Source: the human T2T-CHM13v2.0 reference genome, Homo sapiens
Assembly: GCF_009914755.1 (NCBI RefSeq)
Contig: NC_060947.1
Length of the DNA: 64,000 nt
Reading direction: 5' to 3' (one strand)
Shown: positions 50,329-64,000 of the stretch, in pieces
Numbering within the stretch: the stretch's first letter is position 1
How the letters are laid out: each line of letters opens with the position of its first letter
Translations under genes and position numbers: made by a program
Notes under the pieces: generated by a model
Seen by the model: only the letters and a program-made list of their open reading frames with translations
What the model was told of the DNA's origin: nothing
Databases searched by the model: none

Positions 50329-51244
50329 TCAGGAGTGAAAATACATCCAAGAGTGAATGAAGCAGTGACCACAGCTCCAGGCAGGAACTCGGAGCCCAGG
50401 TCCCCGTGGGTCGAGGCTGTTTTGTGGAGGGTGTGCAGGACCCACAGGGCTGATGGTGGAAGGTCCTGCTTTGCCACTTGCCTCTGGGCCGAGTCACGTG
50501 ACCAAGACGAGGGCTCACGGAGCTTTCCTGATCTCTGATATCATCGGGACACAAATGAGGGTTTCTACCTGGCCAAGTGCAGAGATGTAGAGTCTGCCTT
50601 TCGGGCCAGGAGCGGTGGCTCATACCTGTCGTCCCACCATGTTCGGAGGCTTAGGTGGGCGGATCATTTGAGTCCAGGAGCTCGAGAGCAGCCAGGTAGG
50701 TAAACATGGTGAAACCCCATCTCCACTAAAAATACTAAAATCAGCCGGGTGTGGTGGCGCATGCCTGTAGCCCCAGCTACTTGGGAGGCTGAGGCAGGAG
50801 AATTGCTTGAACCTGGGAGGCAGAGGTTGCACCACTGTACTCCAGCCTGGGCGAGAGCGAGACTCCATCTCAAAAAACAGATTCTTTTTACTATGGCTGG
50901 GATTTCTGGAGAGCACGGGAGAGCCGGCTCTGGAACCCCAGGGCTGTAGTCTCTGTGGCCCTGCCGTGCGCTGACACCAAGGCCCAAGGTTCGGTCCGGT
51001 AGAGATTCAACACGGCTTTTCTTGCCCCGCAATGAATGTTTGAGCAGAAAGAGCTTGAAGGAAGCTGTCGTGCCTCGCGGTGGGTACCCCTTGTGGTGGA
51101 TTCTCACGGGTGAACCCGCGGACACACAGCTGCCACTCTGGGGACCCCGACCGACTCCACTGTTCATGCTGGAATGGGGGCTGGAGTGGCCCTCGGGAGC
51201 TACAGGAGGTGGAGAGGAACGCAGGGTGTCACGCCTGTTTCAGT

Positions 51245-51505
51245 TTCCCCAAGATTCACGCTGAAAACGCCCCTCTCCCAAGTGATGGCGTTGGGAAGTG
51301 GGGGTCTTTGGGAGTCATGAGGCCTCATGGATGGGATCAGTGCCCTTACAGAAAGGACTCCAGAGAGCACCCTGGCCTCATCCATCATCTGAGGACACAC
51401 AGGGAGAAGGCGCCATCTAGAAGCCAGGAACTGGGTACTCACCAGAGACTGAATCTACCATACCTTGGTTTTCTGGGACCTCCAGCCTCCAGAGCTGAGA
51501 CATGA
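51245..51505 (+). mobile_element. MLT1A/MST-like LTR fragment between the convergent genes
   Basis: GGATGGGATCAGTGCCCTTA..GAGGACACA..CCATCT..AAGCCAGGAA..CCAGCCTCCAGA motifs. Confidence 0.55.
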
Positions 51506-51814
51506 GATCATACAAATGCTCTCAGAGAGGGTACAGTAAGTGCAGGTGCCCTGGGGTCCTCCAGCATTTATCAGGGAGCCCGGCTACACTTCTGCCAGCC
51601 TTGGTTTCTACCCCCCGCCTCTTCCCAGCTGTGACCCTGCCCTCTGTGCCCCAGGGGTGCTGGGGAGGAGGCAGCACTGCAGACCAGGAACGTGGGCCAG
51701 CCACGGGCAGAGCGTGGCCCCATCTGCGTCCCGTGGGCCCAGCGCCCATCTCCAGACCCCAGGCCGCCCTGTGGAGAGGTGCGTGGCCAGGCAGGAGGAC
51801 CTCTGCGTCCTCTG

Positions 51815-51820
51815 TTTATT
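51815..51820 (-). terminator. SLC25A6: SLC25A6 polyadenylation signal AATAAA
   Basis: TTTATT on + strand, ~430 nt past the stop codon. Confidence 0.8.
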
Positions 51821-52247
51821 GTTTTGCAGCAGGAGGCCCAACATAGAACATACTCGCCAGTACTCGGCTGTGCAAAACAGGGGCTAGCGCTGAAGTACAA
51901 ATGGGAAAACGTGATTCTTTTGTTTTAAATAAATACTTAGAACACGACTTGGCTCCTACAAGCATCTGGACTCTAGGTCTCAGTACTGGAGTGTCTCACC
52001 CATGGGCCCCACGCAGGGACGCCACGGTTCCCTCCCACCCCGTGATCAAGACACGGAATCGGCTGCCGATGGTTGGATCGCAATGCGCCCCTTTTCTAGA
52101 GCCTTCCCCGGCCATCTACAGGCAGGATGCGGCTGGGAAAAAGACAACTGGAATTTCTCGAAGGTTGATGGTCCGCACGGTTGAGGATTCTACGTGGTTC
52201 TCTTGGTTCCCCTGGTGTGTGTGTGTGTGTGGAGGAGGCCGCGGCCC

Positions 52248-52405
52248 TTAGATCACCTTCTTGAGCTCGTCGTACAGGACCAGCACGAAGGCGCCCCCCA
52301 TGCCCCGCAGGACGTTGGACCACGCACCCTTGAAGAAGGCCTTGCCCCCCTCATCTCTGAAGATCTTCCTCCAACAGTCGACGGTGCCCGTGTACATGAT
52401 GTCAG
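52248..52405 (-). CDS. SLC25A6: SLC25A6 exon 4 coding part ([52 protein letters not shown]-stop)
   Basis: 158 nt; TAA at 52250-52248; total CDS 897 nt = 298 aa. Confidence 0.97.
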
Positions 52406-52817
52406 CTGCAACGACAGGGAGACAGTGAGGGCCTCGCCGCCAAGCTCTTCAAGACACGGACGCCACCTGCACCCACAAAGACGTTTCACAGAAATAACAC
52501 CCCAGACGCCTGAGCCACAGTTCTGATTACAGGAGGGATACCTGAGGCTCCCCCAGCTCAAGCCCTCCTCCTAAGCCACTGTCTCAGGGAGGGCTGGACA
52601 CAGGACTTCAGGCCCCGCCCTGGGTGTCCCCCATCTCCACCCCGGGGTCCATGCAGAGAAGGCAGGATCGAGGGTGTGGGTGCAACCAGAGGTTCTAGGA
52701 GGCGGGGATTTAGAAACTGCCGCCCGGACCATGAAACCCCAAAAAGATCAGAAGCCCATCGTTCAGGAAAATCCTTCCACACAGCCAGGTTACTTTCGGA
52801 CACACTTGCTTGTCTCA

Positions 52818-53141
<324 letters not shown>

Positions 53142-53379
53142 TCACGGCCCCCTGAGGTGGTGCCGAGCTCTTCCGAGACCACCAGTGCCCCCTCCACGTG
53201 GCTGCTCAGTGCCAGCTGACGTTTACAACACGAGAGGTCGGGGCAGGGCCAGAGGGGAAAAGGCCGCCTGCCACCTACCGGAGCCCAGCAAGACAGTCCC
53301 AGAGGCCGGGGTTAGGCCTGTTTGGGGAAGGGAATAGGGCCCTGACCTTCTGAAGGGTCACCGTTACTATGGGAGTTAC

Positions 53380-54845
53380 ACTCTGTCCTCAAAATCCACA
53401 TGCTGAAGTCCCACCCCCACCCCAGGACCTCAGGATGCAACTGTACTTGGATATAAGGTCTTGAAAGAGGTAAGACTAAAGGAGGCCAGTAGGGTGGGCC
53501 CTGATCCTACGACCCCAGTGTCCTTCTAAAAAGAGATGAGGACACAGACACACGGAGGGATGACCCTGTGAGGACACAGGGAGAAGACGGTGTCTACAAG
53601 CCAAAAAGAGAGGCCTCAGAAGGAACCAGCCCTGCCCACTCCTTGATGTCAGACTTCCAGCCTCCAGGACTCCGGGAGAATCAATGTCTGCTGTTTATAA
53701 GCCACCCAGTCTATAGTATTGTTTTAGGAGCCTGAAATGGACTAAGACACCTCATAAGAAGAGCAGATAAGGACACAGACACACACAGAGGGATGACCCT
53801 GTGAGGACACAGGGAGAAGACGGCGTCTACAAGCCCAGGAGAGAGGCCTCAGGAGGAACCAGCCCTGCCCCACACCTTGATCTCAGACTTCCAGACTCCA
53901 GGATTATGGAAGAATCAATGTCTGTTGTTTACAGTCCACCCACTCTATGGTATTCTGTGATAGCAGCCTCAAATGGACTAAGACATCTCATCAGAAGAGG
54001 ACACGAGGACACAGACACACACAGAGGGACGACCCTGTGAGGACACAGGGAAGACGGAGTCTCCAAGCCCAGGAGAGAGGCCTCAGGAGGAACCAGCCCT
54101 GCCCACACCTGGATCTCAGACTTCCAGCCTCCAGGACTGTGGGAGAATCAATGTCTGTTGTTTCTAAGTCACCCAGTCTATGGTGTTCTGGGATGGCAGC
54201 CTGAAATGGACTAAGACATCTCATAACAAGAGATGAGGACACAGACACACACACAGGAAAAAGCCTGAGAAGACAGCATCTCCAAGCCCAGGAGAGAGGC
54301 CTCAGGAGGAACCAGCCCTGCCCATGCCTTGGTCTCAGACCTTCAGCCTGCAGGACTGTGGGAGAATCAATGTCTGCTGTTTACAATCCACCCAGTCTAT
54401 GGTATTCTGTGATAGCAGCCTGAAATGGATTAAGACATCTCATAACAAGAGGAGATGAGGACACAGACACACACAGAGGGACGACCCCGTGAGGGCACAG
54501 GGAGAAGACGGCATCTACAAGCCTAGGAGAGAGGCCGCAGGAGGAACCAGCCCTGCCCACACCTGGATCTCAGACCTCCAGCCTCCAGGACTGTAGGAAA
54601 ATCAATGTCTGTTGTTTATAGTCACCCAGTCTATGGTATTCTGTGATAGCAGCCTGAAATGGATTAAGACATCCCATAAGAAGAGAGGATGAGGACACAG
54701 ACACACACAGAGGGATGATGCTGTGAGGGCACAGGGAGAAGACGGCGTCTCCAAGTCCAGGAGAGAGGCCGCAGGAGGAACCAGCCCTGCCCACACCTTA
54801 TCTCAGACCTTCAGCCCACAGGACCCTGGGGGAACGTCTGTGTGT
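53380..54845 (+). repeat. Second MLT1B-derived ~220-240 bp tandem array (6 units) in SLC25A6 intron 2
   Basis: Same unit and junction as 40685-42870, at ~53742, 53978, 54211, 54430, 54664; units more diverged. Confidence 0.88.
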
Positions 54846-54886
54846 TGAGCCCGTCTCTGGGACTTCGCGATGGCAGCCACACGTAC

Positions 54887-55373
54887 CCTTGGCCGTATCG
54901 TACACGCCGAAGTAGGCCGCCCGGTAGATGATGATGCCCTGCACGGAGACACTGAAGCCCTGGTACAGGCCCCGGATGCCGTCGGACTTGGTGATCTTCA
55001 CCAGGCAGTCTCCCAGGCCTCGGAACTCGCGCTCTGTGCCTGACTTTCCCACGTCCGCTGCCAGGCGGGTTCTGGCGAAATCCAGCGGGTACACGAAGCA
55101 GAGGGAGGTCGCGCCGGCCGCACCGCCGGAGGCCAGGTTGCCCGCAAAGTACCTCCAGAACTGCGTGTGCTTGTCCACGCCCCCCAGGAAGATCTGCTTG
55201 TACTTATCCTTGAAGGCGAAGTTGAGGGCTTGAGTGGGGAAGTAGCGAATGACGTTGGCAAGGTTGCCCCTCCAGAAGGACAGCACGCCCTGCTCCTTGG
55301 GGATGCGGACAATGCAGTCCACGATGCCCTTGTACTGCTTGTCGGCGGCGATCTGCTTGCTGGCGTGCTGGAC
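54887..55373 (-). CDS. SLC25A6: SLC25A6 exon 2 ([20 protein letters not shown]...[11 protein letters not shown])
   Basis: 487 nt inside ORF 54798..55418; cag acceptor, AGG|GTACGT donor; typical ANT sequence. Confidence 0.98.
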
Positions 55374-55834
55374 CTGGGGGACGCAGAGGGTGTTCAGACC
55401 AGACCCAGGGCCAACCACCCAGAAACATCCCAGCTACAGGGTGCATCCTTTTTTTGACACAAGTCACTCTTGTTGCCCAAGCTGGAGTGCAATGGGGTGA
55501 TCAAGTGATTCTCCTGTCTCAGCCTCCCGAGTAGCTGGGACTATAGGCGCCCACCACCACGCCCGGCTAATTTTTTTGCTTATTTAGTAGAGACGAGCGT
55601 TCCACCATGTTAGTCAGGATGGTCTCGATCTGCTGACCTCGTGAGCCACCGCACCCGGCTCTTTCTTTTTTTAAAAAGACAAGGTCTCATGCTGTTACCC
55701 GGGTTTGAGTGTAGTGGTGCGATCTCACCTCACTGCAGCCTCCAACTCCTGGATTAAGCCATCCTCCCGCCTCAGTCTCCCGAGTACCCGGGTCTACAGA
55801 TGCACAACCATCAAGCTCCACTAAGTTGAAAAAT

Positions 55835-56895
55835 TACTTTTAGAGATGGAGTCTTGCTACGATGACCAAGCTGCTCTCAAACTCCTGAGCTCAGGTGATC
55901 CTCCCTGGGCCTCTTGAAGCGCTGGGACATCCCGCCCTGCTAAGTTTAAAAAAATTTTTTAAGCCGGGCACAGTGGCTCATGCCTGTAATCTCAGCACTT
56001 TGGGAGGCTGAGGTGGGTGGATCACGACGTCAGGAGATCAAGAGCATCCTAACACGGTGAAACCCTGTCTCTACTAAAAATACAGAACATTAGCAAGGTG
56101 TGGTGGCAGGTGCCTGCTAGGGAGGCTGAGGCAGAATGGCGTGAACCCAGGAGGCGGAGGCTACAGTGAGCCGAGATCGTGCCACTGCACTCCAGCCTGG
56201 GCGACAGGGAGAGACTCCATCTCAAAAAAAAAAAAAAAAGGTTTTTTTAAGATGTGGGGTCTTGCTATGTTACTCTGGCTGGTCTCAAACGATCCTCCCT
56301 GGGCCTCTCCAAGTGCTGGGACACCCCGCCCTGCTAAGTTTAAAAAATTTTCTTAGAGACGGGGTCTTGCTACGTTGCCCTGGCTGGTCTCAAACTCCTG
56401 GGCTCAAACGATCCTCCCTGGGCCTCTCCGAGTGCTGGGACACCCCGCCCTGCTAAGTTTAAAACTTTTTCTTAGAGACGGGGTCTTGCTATGTTGCCCT
56501 GGCTGGTCTCAAACTCCTGAGCTCAGGCGATCCTCCCTGGGCCTCTCAAAGTGCGGGGACACCCCGCCTGCTAAGTTTTAAAAATTTTCTTAGAGATGGG
56601 GTCTTGCTATGTTGTCCTGGCTGGTCTCAAACTCCCGGGACACGCCACCCTGTACTAGGTTTAAAAAATTATCTTAGAGATGCGGTCTTGCTCTGTTGCC
56701 CAGGCTGGTCTCAAACTCCTGAGCTCACGCGATCCTCTCCGGGCCTCTCAATGCACTGGGACGTCCTGCTTCGTTAAGTTAAAATAATTTTTTTTGAGGT
56801 GAGGTCTTGCTGTGTGGCCCCGGCTGCTCTCAAACTCCTGGCCTCAAGCAATACTCCCCGGGCCTCTCAAAAGCGCTGGGATCGCGGGCGTGACC
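55835..56895 (-). repeat. ~7 tandem copies of a truncated old Alu left arm (AluJ/FLAM-like, ~80-120 bp), interrupted by a younger Alu
   Basis: Unit TTAGAGACGGGGTCTTGCTA..GGTCTCAAACTCCTG..GATCCTCCCTGGGCCTCTC..CCCCGCCCTGCTAAGTTTAAAA. Confidence 0.82.
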
Positions 56896-57199
56896 TGTCC
56901 TTGCAGCCAAGCCTATTCATTCCCATCACCGAGCTGTCACTCGGAGTACAACGTTAGCAAGGACGTCCTGGCGGCAATGTTCCTAGGCATCATGCTACTT
57001 TCTATAAGCCTCTCCCAAAAGACAAAAAATGCATTGCTCTGGATCAGAATTGCACAAATGAGCTAAGAAGGGGGTAAGAACCACCAATAACCATATCCTG
57101 GTTATTCCAGGACACCTGCGGGCAGGCTCGTTGCCCTATTGGCCTTAGAATTACCCTTCACGGTGGAGGGAGCAAGAGCAGACACCTGCCAGGCATCCA

Positions 57200-58580
57200 C
57201 CGGAAGGGTTGGTCCCAGCCGGGGGACCCGCAGGATTGAGCTCAAGGTCAAGGCCCGCCAGCCGCAGGGTCCGTCCATGGGCCCTGCTCAGCGCGCATGC
57301 GCCCTCCAATCCGTGCCGCATTTCCCCCCGCCCGCCGGGCCCAGTGCGCACGCGTGGACGTCGCCACGCCCTGCAGCAGCGGTCACGTGACGCGGCCCCC
57401 GGAAGCCGGCGGCGCGTGGACAAAGCGATCGCGGCCTTCCACTTCCGGCGCCCGCCTGCAAGGCTCTGCTGCCCACGTCCCCGCCCGACCCGGCCACTCG
57501 GTTCCCGTCCCCTAGTCCCCGGAGCGGCCGCGCCCGCGTCCCCACCTGCAGCAGCAGCTTGACCCGCTCGATCGGAGCCACGGCCGTCTTGGAGATGGCG
57601 GCGGCGATGCCTCCGGCCAAGAAGTCTTTGGCGAAGGAGATGGCCTGTTCCGTCATGGTGGCAGGGCGGGCAGCGGAACGGGAGGACAGCCGGAGAACGG
57701 GCGCGGAGAGTGAATGGAGGGCGTCGCTGGCTCAGCCCTGCCGCCGCCTGGACCGAAAGGACGGAGCAGCCACCGCGCAGCCGCTAAGACGCCGACGCCA
57801 CGCCCACTCTCCGCCCCCGCGCCTCCTCGCGCCGCGCTCATTGGCTGCGCCGCCAGGCCCCGCCCCACACCAGCCTGCGTGCCTCGCCTCTGAGGGCTGC
57901 CGGGAATCCCGCTGCGTCCCGCCCCGCACTCCAGCGAACCGCGCCCATTGGCTGCGCTCCCCGGAGACGTCCCGCCCCGCACCCCTAGGTATGCCGGGAG
58001 CCAGGCCCCGCCCATGCGCCGTAGGGGCCGCTGGGGGTTCCGCGGCAGCCTTGACCTTGTGAAGGTCAGGCCGCTGCCAGTACCCGAGCGGGCGGGAGGG
58101 CAGCTGCGGAGTCAGAAGCCCACCCTGATGCCCAGTTCGCTCCGAGTGCGTCGTCCGCTTTCTCCCGGAGGCCGCGGCGACCCCGCCGGGATGTGCGACA
58201 TGTGGTGCCCCGACCCCCGACCCTTGACCCTTGACCTCCGGGCAGCTCCGACCCTTTCAACACTCTCCGGGGTCGTGCGTCGGGAGACCCCGGCCCCTGC
58301 CCGCGTGCACCCGGGGGGCCCCGCGCGAAGCCTGCGGCGGCTTCCACGTGGGCGCGGCTCAGTCCCGCTGCCGATCCGTGACTCCGCGCCGCCCTCCGCG
58401 CCCGGCCTAGGTTGGTGGGGGGGGATCTCTCTGGGCCTCCGTTCTTTGACCCCGCGGTGCCCTCCGCGCCGGGGCTGGGGGTTCCGTGGGCCGCGCCCAC
58501 CCGCCCGGGCTCCCCTATTTCCCCGTGTCTGTGCCCGTGTCTGCCCGGCGGGGGCTGCGGCCGGGGTCCTCCTTCGCGAC
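57200..58580. promoter_or_regulatory. SLC25A6: CpG island and TATA-less promoter of SLC25A6
   Basis: Very CpG-dense; multiple CCGCCC boxes; CATTGGCTGCGC (CCAAT box on -) twice, at 57839-57850 and 57946-57957. Confidence 0.9.
57546..57656 (-). CDS. SLC25A6: SLC25A6 (ANT3, ADP/ATP translocase 3) exon 1 ([37 protein letters not shown])
   Basis: ATG at 57656 in gccaccATG Kozak context; CAG|GTGGGG donor; 111 nt; mitochondrial carrier PxExxK signature. Confidence 0.98.
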
Positions 58581-58589
58581 CTCCCACTC

Positions 58590-60310
<1,721 letters not shown>

Positions 60311-61164
60311 CTCCTTTGTGTACTGAGAAAATGACAGTCCCCGGCTGTGGGTGGGCAGGAGTGACCCGCCCCAGAGAGCGGGGTCACCCTGGGTGACTCC
60401 TGGGTGCAGCTGTGAGCCCTGCCTGAGGCTTTTCCTGACCTCTGGGGAGGGCGGCTCAGCCTGGGGCTGGAGGTTGGGGCCAGCTCTGGAGGCTGGAGTG
60501 GCTGCTGGGCGGCGGGACGGGTGTCTCAGAAGTCACTGAGGCATGGGTAGGTCTAACCTTGGGACATTGCTGTGGGGAGGGCTGTGGAGACCAAGCACAT
60601 TCCTGAGGCTCTGCCAGGGCAGCGGGGGTGGACAGTGTCCCCTGAGGACCCAGGACCAAGCCAGGCTCGCTACAGGGGTCCTGGAATAGAGGACAGAGGC
60701 CAGGAGCGCTGTGGGTGCTGGGCAGGGGTGGGGAGTTTGCTGGGGAGCTGCGCCTTACAGACCTGTGTTTGTTTCCCAGCCTCAGCGAGGCCGGGCTGGA
60801 CGGGGCCCTGGTGCTGGTTTTCAGTGCCTCAGCGAGGCCGGGACCAGAGCTGCTATTTCCAGATGAGGCTGGCTCGCATCTGCTCTGGCCGGGGCTCCAG
60901 GCCTGAGCCCTGCAACACGGCGTTCCCTTTCCAAGTCTGCAAAGCCTGTCTTAGGGGAGAGAAGAAGTTTCCTTCCATGCGGGTGGGGACGGCTAACCAT
61001 GTCCAGACACTGAGACCGGTGCTCTGTGTGCTCAGCCTTCAGCCTGCACTGGCTTGGTGGCTTGGTGACCCGCCAGCAGGGTGGTGCTGTCTGTGGGCTC
61101 TGCTCAAGCTCCTCTCAGAGCCAGGAGGATGCCCGCCTGCTTGGGCCTGGCTCCCAGGATGTGC

Positions 61165-61990
61165 TTGGCAAATGCTTCTGGGATGGATGGATGGATGGGT
61201 GAGTGGATAACGGATGGATGGATAATGGATAGATGGATAATGGATAGATGGATGGATGGATGGATGATGGATGGATGGATAATGAATGGGTGGGTGGATG
61301 GATGGATGTGCTCGATCGGCAAATGCTTCTGGAATGGATGGATAATTGGATGGGTAATGGGTGGGTGGATGGATAATGGATGGATGGATGGATAATGGAT
61401 GGATGGATGGATAATGGATAGATGGATGGATAATGTATAGATGGATGGATGATGGATGGATGGATGGATAATGGGTGGATGGATGATGGATAATGGGTGG
61501 ATGGATGAATAATGGATGCTTCTGGGATGGATGGATAATGAGTGGGTGGATGGATAATGAATGGGTGGATGGACAGATGGATAGATGGATATGTTTGCTT
61601 GGCAAATGATTCTAGAATGAATGGATGGATGGATAATGAATGGGTGGGTGGGTGGATGGATGGATGCACTCTGTTGGCAAATGCTTCTGGGATGGATGGA
61701 TGGATAATGGATGGATAGATGGATAATCAATGAGTGGGTGGATGGATGGATAGATGGATGTGTTTGCTTGGTAAATGATTCTGGAATGGATGGGTGGATG
61801 GATGGATGGATGCGCTCGATCGGCAAATGCTTCTGGAATGGATGGATAATTGGATGGGTAATGGGTGGGTGGATGGATGCATGGATAGATGGATGTGCTC
61901 ACTCAGCAAATGCTTCTGGAATGAATGGATGATGGATGGATGAATAGATGGATGGATGGATGAATGGATGGATGGATGGATGGATGAATG
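61165..61990. repeat. (GGAT)n microsatellite with periodic GGCAAATGCTTCTGG interruptions
   Basis: Directly visible; interruptions at ~61167, 61318, 61601, 61676, 61770, 61822, 61906. Confidence 0.92.
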
Positions 61991-62340
61991 AATTGCTAAT
62001 TGGGGCTGTTTTTCCATACAGAGTGCTGCACGTGGGACTTAGCCTTGGACACTAACTCCTTTGCCCCTCGTATCTGGGAGGGAACAACACAGTTGCTATG
62101 CCTGACTAGGGCATGACCTGGGAGGCCTTTGGGGCCACACAGCCTCCTTGGGAAAGGAGGATCAGGTGGGCCTCACACCCAGGAATTGGAAGTGGGAGAG
62201 ACAACAGCTGCTGGGTAGTGGGGGTAGAGCTGTGTCTCTCACTGCCCTGCCCCTCCAAGGACCAAGAAGAAAGGAATGAGCCCCGATCCGCCTGCCAGGT
62301 ACCCACCCATGAGAACCCCTTCTCTGCCAGCATCTGATAA

Positions 62341-62952
<612 letters not shown>

Positions 62953-63029
62953 TAATCATTGCCGAGGCTCTGCCTGTACGAAGTGTGGTCCGGGGAGGGC
63001 TGATGAGGCTGCAGGATGAGGGGGCTTGA

Positions 63030-63325
63030 CAGACCCCTTTCCCCAGAAGAGGGCCCCCAAAAGGCATTGCCCCTGAAGAGGGCTCCCCAAGACCTCATCC
63101 CTGAAAAGGGACTCCCAGGGTCACCCCCCTGAAAAGGGCTCCTCAAAAGGCCCCCCGAACGGGGTCCCCCCAAGACTGCCCTCTGAAGGAGGCCCCCGAA
63201 GACTTCCCCCGTGAAGGTGCCCCCCAAGACCTGCCCCCTGGAAGAGGGCTCCCCAAGACCTCTCCCCCTAGAAGAGCCCCCTAAGACTTTTACCCTGGAA
63301 AAGGGCTCTCTGCAAAGCTTCCCTG
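63030..63325. repeat. Degenerate ~27-30 bp tandem repeat (CCCCAAGACC..CCCCTGAAGAGGG)
   Basis: About 10 diverged units. May lie in the lncRNA I recall near SLC25A6 (LINC00106), which cannot be verified from sequence. Confidence 0.6.
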
Positions 63326-63802
63326 GACGTGCGCCTTCGAGCTGGGCAGGTAGGGAGGAGCTGTGTACTCGACATCATCCTTAGGATCTGTTGTCCTCCC
63401 GCTTCCCCTGCCCCGGCCCCCAGATGAATCCAGAGGCTGTTTTAGAGCCAGACGGACACTCCTGGTATGCACCAGACACTCATAGTGCAGTGCTCGCTGA
63501 GTAGAGGAGGAGTTAGTGGGTGAACCCGGCCCGCCAGGCTGCCCTGCACAGAATTCCAGCCTTGTCACCCCACTGGTTTTTAAATCATCACAATCCTCGG
63601 GATGTTCTGTGCATGCCACACACAGACTCTTAAGAGTCCAGAGGTCCTGTTTTTGCACAGTTACTCCAATGAATAAAAAGACGGGCTGGGCGTGGTGGCT
63701 CACGCCTGTCATCCGAGCACTTTGGGAGGCCGAGGCGGGGTGGATTGCCTGAAGTCAAGAGCTGAAGACCAGCCTGGCCAACATGGTGAAACCTCGTCTC
63801 TA

Positions 63803-63988
<186 letters not shown>

Positions 63989-64000
63989 CTAGCAGACACT

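Noticed and set aside
61039-62017. (IHPS)n / (MDGW)n ORFs
   Set aside because: Translations of the GGAT/ATCC microsatellite.

Overview
Human (or very close primate) genomic DNA that I recognise as pseudoautosomal region 1 (Xp22.33/Yp11). It is GC-rich and extremely Alu- and minisatellite-dense. It holds the complete IL3RA (CD123) gene on + (12 exons, ~8.9-48.3 kb; the spliced CDS I reconstruct is 1137 nt / 378 aa) and, tail-to-tail, the complete SLC25A6 (ANT3) gene on - (4 coding exons, 897 nt / 298 aa, CpG-island promoter at ~57.2-58.6 kb). Almost all other ORF-track entries are Alu or low-complexity artefacts. The most striking observation is a ~2.4 kb 9-bp minisatellite starting right at the IL3RA exon 9 donor. 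In the exon 9 reading frame it encodes collagen-like Gly-X-Y triplets ([12 protein letters not shown]), it carries many in-phase cryptic donors, and it ends in a short Cys-containing tail whose stop overlaps an AATAAA. Also notable: tandem arrays born from Alu, L1 and MaLR fragments, an inverted templated insertion inside an Alu, a region-wide Alu point variant, and motif clusters (tandem STAT/GAS, NF-kB, ERR/NRF1/GABP). Repeat subfamily names come from recalled consensus sequences and are unverified; functional proposals are hypotheses.
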